From the NCBI GenBank assembly GCA_037305845.1, contig CP147778.1:160001-224000 (forward strand): 64,000 nt of DNA, given 5' to 3'. This DNA comes from Candidatus Freyarchaeum deiterrae (lineage in GTDB: Archaea > Asgardarchaeota > Jordiarchaeia > Jordiarchaeales > Jordiarchaeaceae). This document shows, in pieces, positions 1 through 9,000 of the stretch (position 1 is the first letter of the stretch; each line of letters opens with the position of its first letter). Below the pieces are notes generated by a model. That model saw only the letters and a program-made list of their open reading frames with translations, was not told where the DNA came from and made no database searches. The position numbers and the translations under genes are program-made.

Positions 1-3000
1 CCGCAGCCCTGGAATGCCTCTTCCATGATGACTGTGGTTGTTTTCGGCGTTTCTTTGTTTCCTGCGTTATCAACGCTGTAGTAGTCTATGGTGTAGGTTC
101 CGATTGGACCCGTAATGTTGAAGGCTCCAACATACAAAGTCCAGTTGCCGCTGTTTATGCGGTAGTAGGTGTTTGCAACTCCCGAACCCGGAGTAGCGTC
201 GGTGGCTGTGAGAGCGAAAACCGTGCTGGATGTAACATAGATGCTGCCATTCCCATCAGTGTAGTGGGTTCCAATAATTAACACGGTTGTGGGAGGCGTC
301 TTATCAATTTTTATTGTTTCAGACTTTGTTGTTTCCACGTTGCCTGCATTGTCTGTTGACCTATAGTATATGGTTGTGATTCCTTCAGCTGTGATGGTGA
401 ACGGTCCCTTGTAGGTGTTCCAGGTGGTATTGTCGAAGCTGTACTCTGTAATGTTTAAGCCGGAAACGTTGTCGGTTGCCGATAGATAGAAGTTTACATT
501 TGAGGTGTACCAGCCGTTAAGCCCTGATGTACCGTTCAAACTAATCGCGGTCACAGGAGGCGTCTTATCGATTTTTATTATTTCAGTCTTTGTTGCTTCC
601 ATGTTGCCTGCGTTGTCCGTTGAGTTATAATAGACTGTCGTGGATCCCTCAGCTGTGAGGGTGAATGGACCAGTGTAAGTGACCCAAGTGGTTCCATCAA
701 AGCTGTACTCAGTTATGTTTACGCCCGAGGTGTTATCGATTGGCGATAGAGTGACATTCACGTTTGATATGTACCAGCCGTTAAGCCCTAGGACGCCACT
801 CAAACTGATCGCGGTCACAGGAAGCGTCTTGTCAATCTTGATTGTTTCAGATTTTGCTGTTTCAACGTTGCCTGCGACGTCAATTGATTTGTAGTATACG
901 GTTGTGACTCCTTCAGCTGTGATGGTCAACGGTTCAGTGTAGGTGTTCCAGGTGGTATTGTCGAAGCTGTACTCTGTCATAGCTATGCCTGAAACATTGT
1001 CATTTGCTGTGAGGTTGATGTCTACGTTTGAGGTGAACCAGCCGTTAAGCCCTGGCGTGCCGCTCAAACTAATCGCGGTCACAGGAGGCGTCATGTCAAT
1101 CATTATTACTTCGGTACTTGTATTCTCCACGTTGCCCGCATTGTCGGTTGAGTTGTAGTACAGGGTGGTGACTCCTTCAGTTGTTATAGTGAAAGGTCCG
1201 GTGTAGATGTTCCAAGTGGTGTTGTCGAAGCTGTACTGTGTCATGTCTACGCCTGAAAGGTCGTCCGACGCTGTTAGATTTACGGTTACAGGTGATACGA
1301 ACCAGCCGTTAAGCCCTGGCGTGCCGCTCAAATCTATGGTGGTTGTTGGTGGTGTCAAATCCGCTATGTATTTAATTGTCGCTTCATTGTTTGTCTCGTT
1401 GGATTCCGTTATAGTGTTTTCGGGGTCGACAACAATGTACAGGTATTCATTTACTGGTGGGTGATACACTGTAAGACTGACGTTCACGGTTTCTCCGGCA
1501 GCAATGTTTAGAATGGTTGCACCGTTTATCATTGTTCCTCCGGTTGCTGGGTCTCCATCGTAGAGTGCAACAACCACTCCGGTGGCTCCAGCTTCGCCTA
1601 TGTTTTGGATCGGCGCAATAATCTTTACATAACCGGGCTTCATCATGATTTCTGGCACCAATACGGTTAGGTCTGGTACTAGTTTAACCACGAGTTCGTC
1701 ATACTGGACATTATTGGTTTCGTTGCTCTCGGCTATGAGGTTCTCTCTGTTCACTACCACGAATACCTGATGAATGCCTTGGGGCGGCGTCCAGACAAAT
1801 GAGGAGGTGTGTGTTCCGCCCATTGGAAGGTTGGTTGTCTCACTGTATATCAGTGTTCCATTAATGTAGGGGTTTCCATCAAAAAATTCAATTAGTACTC
1901 CAGTGGCATCAGCGTTTCCACTGTTTCGTATTTCAGTGGTGATGGTAACATTTTCTCCAGGCAAAAGTTCGTGCCCCGAAAGACTGATTCCGGTTGCTTC
2001 GAGGTCTGGAAGAATCGACATCGTTGTGGATGCTACGTTGTTCTCTTTGTTAAATTCCGCTATTACATTGTTCGGGTCGATTACTACGGTGATGTTGTTC
2101 TGTCCGGCGGCTGCAGTCCAAGCGGTAGAAACTGTGGTGCTATCATTTGAGCCCAGTAGTGGGATTGTTTGGCTGCCTATAAGAACGCTATTGGAGTAGA
2201 ATTGAACGAGAACATTTTCTGCGGAGGTGCCCCCCTGGTTATGGATGGTGGCGGAGATGGTGATTGTTTCACCGGCTGATGGATTGTATTTTGAGAAGGT
2301 GATGTCGGTGGGGGAAACTGTTAGGTCGGGTAGAGTGCTGATGGATTTATACGCTACATTATTGGTTTCGTCTATTTCGCTTATGGATCCAAGTGAGTCT
2401 ATCACTACGTAGATGTTATGCGTACCGGGCTTAGCAATCCAAGGACATGTCACATTTACTTCGCCATCGTAGGGTAGATAATTGATGCGCTGCGTTCCGA
2501 TGAGGAATCCTCCACTGTTTGGATCGCCATCGTAAAAGTCCACACGAACATTATACGCATCCACATCACCTATGTTGCGTACTCTCGCCATAATGTTCAC
2601 GATTTCTCCCTCACTGGGGTAATTGTTTGAGAATGTGATGTCCGAGCTGTCGAGGGCTAGATCGGGTTTGATGGGGTGAGTAAGGTTCGATACTACGCCT
2701 TCTTTATCCCAGGCTACGAGAAGGTTGTTGCTGGGCTGAGTTATGCATGCTGAAGGCATCCAGTTGGTTTCGTTGTCGTTTGTTAAGTATTTGACTCCGC
2801 TCCAGATTGCGTTGGGGTCGGAGAGGTTCTTGGTGGCGTAGCATATTTGTCCGTTGAAGTAGTTTTCTGTCGCGTTGTATACGAAGCCCCTCCAGACTAT
2901 CACGGCAGTGTTTTTCTGGTCGACGTTTATAGTGGGCTTAGAAATGAAGGAGGGATCCTCGTGAACGATTTCGGGCTCGCTCCAGGTACCCGTCGTATTA

Positions 3001-6000
3001 TCCATATAGGCACAGTACAAACTGTAGACACTCTCGTTTCCGCCTACCCAGGTAACCAGTGCGTTGTCGTTTCTGTCAAATGTTACCGATGGGCTTTCTT
3101 TGGTTTCGTTTAGAGTGGTGACTAGGCCTTCTGGACCCCAGCTGGTTCCGTCCCACATTGCGTACATTAGTTGTGTGTCTGAGGTGGTGGATAGGTTGCC
3201 GTCTAGGTCTCTCACCCAGCATGCTATGACTCTTCCTTTCGAGTCGTGTGCTAGAGAGACGCTGTAATCCATAAAGCTATTGTTTGTGAGGGCAGCCTCA
3301 GGTGACCACTGGGTTCCGTCCCACACAGAATAGTATAGGTCCGTGTCATTTGTTGTGCTAATATTACTGTCCGTGTCTCTAACCCAGACTGCTACTACTT
3401 TCCCATCCGGGCCCGCGGTGACAGCGGCTGAACCGTCTGCGAATGTGTTGTTCGTGATTTGTTGGGGTGCGCTCCACGCTGAGCCGTTCCAGATGGAGTA
3501 GACGATCTCTTGGTTTTTAAACAAGTCCACAAGGTTGTCCGATTGTGGGGTTACGTTGCTGGGAACTCTTGACCAAACGGCTATTACATTACCGTTGGAA
3601 TCGTAGGTTAAGGCGGGATCGAAGTTATAATAGTCGTCGTTGGAGACATATCCGGAAGTACCCCAACCTGTGCCATTCCAGGTAGAGTAGCAGATGTTTG
3701 GGTAAGTATTATTGCCATCTGTTCTCCCCTGAACCCATACCATCATAGCGTTTCCATGGTTGTCTGATGCGATTCTTGGACTAGTATAGTTGGTTGCCGA
3801 CGAGGGTTCAACTGGTATTAAACTTGCTGGACTGCGCCATTCCCAGACCACTGTTTGAGGAACAAAGGGTATACCGAATGCCCATGCACTAACTTGTAGT
3901 CTGAGACCGAACAATGGATCACCATAAGAGGACTGAAGATGGGGAGAAGTTTCGTCTTTTGTTTGGTTAAGAACTATGCCTATATTTGTATAGACACTTG
4001 CTTCAATTCTTGCTCCAACAAATAAAGCGTTTAATTCTCCATATAAGGTTCCCCTTAGCATGATGCCAATGTAACTTGCTGTCCAAATTGGATCCAAGCT
4101 ATTACCTACATACTTTTTTTGTGTGGTATAATTAACTCCAATAGAGATGTCCCCGCCAAGCCTAAATCCCAATCCTAGATCTATTTCTGTCGAGCCAAAA
4201 TATAACTTAATGAAGAACCCAAATCCAACTCCCTCACGTTGGGTATAGCTTGCAGTTACGCTTGTTGTCATGATATAGTCTTGGATATTCAGATCGTTAT
4301 CAACTGTGGGTTCTGCCCTGTCAAAACGGCTAACTTCAGCGCCTCCTATGCTTCCCTTATAGGTAGCTTCCATTCGATATTTAGCAACTCCATTTACGTA
4401 GTAAATTAGTGTTTTGTTTAAAGAATATTCGCTCGCGAAACTCAGTGTCTTCAGAGTGTCGCCAAGCCCCGGCAACGCCTGACTAGCATCCTCACCAGTC
4501 TTATCGAGATAGGTGAATTGGTACCCTATTGACTCAATGTTTACTGTAACGTATTTTTGCTCTGCGGGGTACCACTCGATTTGCTGATTGGGCCATTTAA
4601 ACCATTTGGGTAATTCGATTGCATGAATGGTAATGGTTTTCGTCTCTGAGATTAAGCCCAACTGATCGTAGGCTGTTATCTTCAACGTGTTTTGTGATGT
4701 GGTTAGGCTGCCCATGTTGAGTGCGCATTCCCATGAGCCACCACTCACTCTAGTAGCATCATATGTGATACAGTTCAGTTCGAAGACGACCTTTACAACA
4801 AGATCTGGGCCTTCGTTGTCGAGGATTACCGCCGTGAACTTGTTAATCACATCGACTCGAACTATGAAGGTTCCCAAATAATCTGAGCGTTTCCAAACTC
4901 CAAATTCTGAGCTTACGCTTTGTACAGCGGGTCTGGAGGCGTAAATATTTTTCTGCGCCACGTTGTTAGTTTCATCTATTTCTTCAATGGTATTGCCTGG
5001 GTCTACCACGACTTGAACGGTGTGGAATTGATCGAATGTCCAACTCACCGAAACAGTTTTAGATTCACCGTGCAGGAGACCCCCGATTGTTTGATTTGAC
5101 CCTATCTGTGTGCTATTGCCGTTTTCATCTATGTCAAAGAAGATAACCGTAATCGGCCCCGTGTAGTCTGCGCCCAAGTTTGTTACAGTAGCATAAATGT
5201 ATACTGTTCCACCAACTTTCCCCAAGGTGATGTTCTGCGGAGAGATCGCGAAGTCTGGTCCAACAGCGAAGGATACTGATTCGGTGGCATAGTTATGCGC
5301 CATGTCGAAGGCTGTTACGTAAAAGGTGTGATAACCTACAACCAGGCTGAGCGTGTAACTGGTAGTAGTATTTCCCACGTTGATCCAGCTGCCAGCGTCA
5401 AGCTTGACCTCGTAGTGGTCTATGACACCGTTGTCGCTACCAGTCCAGGTGATATCAACACTGGTGACATTAATGAAGGCTCCATTACTGGGTGAGGTTA
5501 TAGTCACGATTGGTGGGAGGGTGTCCGCCATGAATGTTTCCATGTGAGGCGTTGACATATTGACTGTTCTTGGGTTGTTGAAGAACCAGGCTGTGGAATT
5601 CCACACGGTGACGACCGGGGTGCAATCAGTCATTGTATCATTTCCCGTGAATATACTGTAAGGGACAACGATCTGTGGGGTTAAACCATCCAGGTCGGTT
5701 CTTGGGTCCGAGCCTCCAAAGTGAGGTGTAGCATACCATACCGTTCTATTGGTTTCAACCTTAACATCCACACCCGAAATTGCATAATTTAGAGAATCTG
5801 TGGCGTTCACAAGCAGGTAGTTTCCAAAAAAGCTACCAGTAAAATCATTATTACCGCTGTCAGAAGACCAATAGTATCCCACAGTACAGTTTAAAGCAAT
5901 GTTGCGCGAAAGATTATTGTTTGAGCTTTGGGACAGGTAGAAGCCGCCATTGCTGTTGTTCGCGGTGTTGCCCGAAAGAGTATTGTTCAAGCTTTGGTGC

Positions 6001-9000
6001 AAGTAGAAGCCCAAAAGGTTGTTTGTGGCGGTGTTGCCCGAAAGAGTGTTGTTCAAGCTGGAGTGCAGGCTGAAACCGTAGGCGTTGCTGTTTGCAGTGT
6101 TGCCCGAAAGAGTATTGTACGAGCTATTTTCCAAGAAGAAGCCGCAGTAGGCGTTGCTGTTTGCAGTGTTGCCCGAAAGAGTATTGTACGAGCTATTTTC
6201 CAAGAAGAAGCCGCAGTAGGCGTTGCTGTTTGCAGTGTTGCCCGAAAGAGTATTGTACGAGCTATTTTCCAAGAAGAAGCCGCAGTAGGCGTTGCTGTTT
6301 GCAGTGTTGCCCGAAAGAGTATTGTACGAGCTATTTACTAGGTAGAAGCCGTAATAATTGTTTGTGGCGGTGTTGTTTAGGATTGTGTTGCCCTGTGAAT
6401 AGTAAAGGATTAGACCGTTATAGCCCTGTGTTATGGTGTTGTTCTCAATCCAAGTGTTGTCCGCCCTTATTACAAGCCCATTTTCGTCTATCGATGATGA
6501 ACCATATCCACAGTACTCCACTCGGCTGTTGTTCATCTGGAATGTCGCGTTTTCGTACACTATGAAATAGTAGGGGTTAGCCGGGTTTATGGCGGTTATT
6601 ATGGAGGAATCGTTGATGTACATTCCCCCGTAAACCTTGACGCCGTACTGGACCGGGGTGTAGCCGTCATTGACGTTTAGTTTGCATTTGATAAGGTGAA
6701 GCTCACCGGTTTCCGTGATGGTGAGGTCTCCGTCGAGGTTGATGTTGAGGTATTGTGAATAGTTGATTTCGGTTATTGTGGGGTTTGTCCAGGTGATGTT
6801 TGTGTATTGTTGTTGGATGGTTTCCACATGCGAAGTGGACATGTCAACTATTCTTGGATTATTCGAAAATTCGGCTACCGCCCAAGGAGACGAATACCAC
6901 ACCGTGACATGGGTAATGCTCTCAGTCATCTGGTTTATTCCTGTGAATGTCTTGTAAGGGACAGCAATCCAGGGGGTGAGACCGTTAGGGTCGGTGGTGT
7001 CGTTTAAACCCCCGAAAAATGATGTAGCGTACACCGTTGTTCCATCGGTCTCAACCATAATCTCTACGCCAGGGAAAGGAAGCCCCCGAACGTCTGTGAC
7101 TTCCACACGCAGGTAGTTCTCCCAAACACTACCAGTAAAATTATTACTAAAACTGTAGAAAGACCAATAGTATCCCGTGATAAAGTTTATGGCAATGTTA
7201 CCCGAAAGATTATTGTACGAGCTATAGGACAGGTTGAAGCCGGCCCAGCCGCAGCCGAATACGACGTTGTTCGCGGCGGTGTTATTAGAAAGAGTGTTAT
7301 ACGTGCTTCGGTAAAGATAGAAACCGATGCTGCTGTCTGTGGCAGTGTTACCGGAAAGAGTATTATACGAGCTAGAGCTAGGGCTATAGGGCGGGAAGAA
7401 ATAGTACGAGCTAGAGTACAGGTAGAAACCGTAATCAGTGTTGTTGGTTGCGGTGTTACCCGAGATAGTATTATACGAGCCATCCACCAGGTAGAAACCG
7501 GTGCCGCTGTTGTTTGCAGTGTTACCGGAAAGAGTATTATACGAGCTAGAGCTATAGAGCGGGTAGAAACCGTACGAGCTAGAGTACAGGTAGAAACCGT
7601 AATCAGTGTTGTTGGTTGCGGTGTTACCCGAGATAGTATTATACGAGCCATCCACCAGGTAGAAACCGATGCTGCTGTCTGTGGCAGTGTTATCAGAAAG
7701 ATTGTTATTCGAGCTGTCTTCAAGGTAAAAGCCGTAGTTATAGTTGTTGGTTGCGGTGTTACCAGAAAGAGTATTATACGAGCTATCCACCAGGTAGAAA
7801 CCGATGCTGCTGTCTGTGGCAGTGTTATCAGAAAGATTGTTATTCGAGCTGTCTTCAAGGTAAAAGCCGTAGTTATAGTTGTTGGTTGCGGTGTTACCAG
7901 AAAGAGTATTATACGAGCCATCCACCAGGTAGAAACCGTTGTAGCCGTTGTTGTTTGCGGCGTTACCAGAAAGATTGTTGTTCGAGCTGGAGTATAGGCC
8001 GAAGCCGTTGCAGTAGTTGTTTGCGGCGTTACCAGAAAGAGTATTATACGAGCTGTCTTCAAGGTAGAAGCCGTAGTAGAAGACGTAGTAGTAGCCGTAG
8101 TAGTAGCCGTTGTAGTTGTTGTTTGCTGTGTTACCCGAAAGAGTATTGTAAGAGCTGGAGTACAGGCCGAAGCCGTAGTAGTAGTTGTTTGCGGTGTTAC
8201 CAGAAAGAGTGTTATACGAGCTGTCTTCAAGGTAGAAGCCGTAGTAGTAGCCGCCGTAGTAAAGGTAGTAGTAGTTGTTGTTGTTTGCTGTGTTACCCGA
8301 AAGAGTATTGTTCGAGCTGAAGTATAGGCCGAAGCCGTAGTAGTAATTGTTTGCGGTGTTACCAGAAAGAGTGTTATACGAGCTGTCTTCAAGGTAGAAG
8401 CCGTAGTAGTCGCCGGAATAGTACCAGTTGTTGGTGTTGTTTGCGGTGTTACCCGAAAGAATATTGTACGAGCTATAGGACAGGTAGACACCGTAGTAGT
8501 TGTTGTCTACGGTGTTACCCGAAAGAATATTGTACGAGCTGGACTCAAGGTAGACACCGTAGTAGCCGTTGTTGTCTACGGTGTTACCTGAAAGAGTATT
8601 GTTCGAGCCATAGGACAGGTAGACACCGTATTCATTGTTGTTGTTTGCGGTGTTACCCGAAAGAATATTATTGTAAGAGCTATCTACTAGGCAGAAGCCG
8701 TAGCCGTTCTCGGTTGCAGTGTTACTTGAAAGAGTATTGTAAGAGCTAGAGTCTATGTAGACCCCGTAGTAGTTGTTGGTTGCGGTGTTAACCGAAAGAG
8801 TGTTATACGAGCTACTTTCTAGGCAGAAGCCGTACAAGTTGTTGTTTGTGGCGGTGTTATTAGAAAGATTGTTGTACGAGCTGTCTTTTAGGTAGAAGCC
8901 GTAATCGTTGTTGTTTGCGGCGTTACCAGAAAGAGTGTTGTTTGAGCTATCTACTAGGTAGAAACCAACGCCGTTTGTTGTAGCGGTGTTACCCGAAAGA

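Noticed and set aside
6078-6336. CRISPR array
   Set aside because: Head-to-tail in-frame coding repeats without spacers.
8060-8440. Diversity-generating retroelement target (AAC to NNC codon pattern)
   Set aside because: No reverse transcriptase or template repeat differing only at adenines in the window; loop lengths vary, which fits slippage better. A trans-acting DGR cannot be fully excluded.
7187-8491. 434-aa Thr-rich ORF and the many Cys/Arg-rich or Val/Ser-rich + strand ORFs in 679-11658
   Set aside because: Alternative-frame and antisense shadows of the repetitive giant surface-protein gene.
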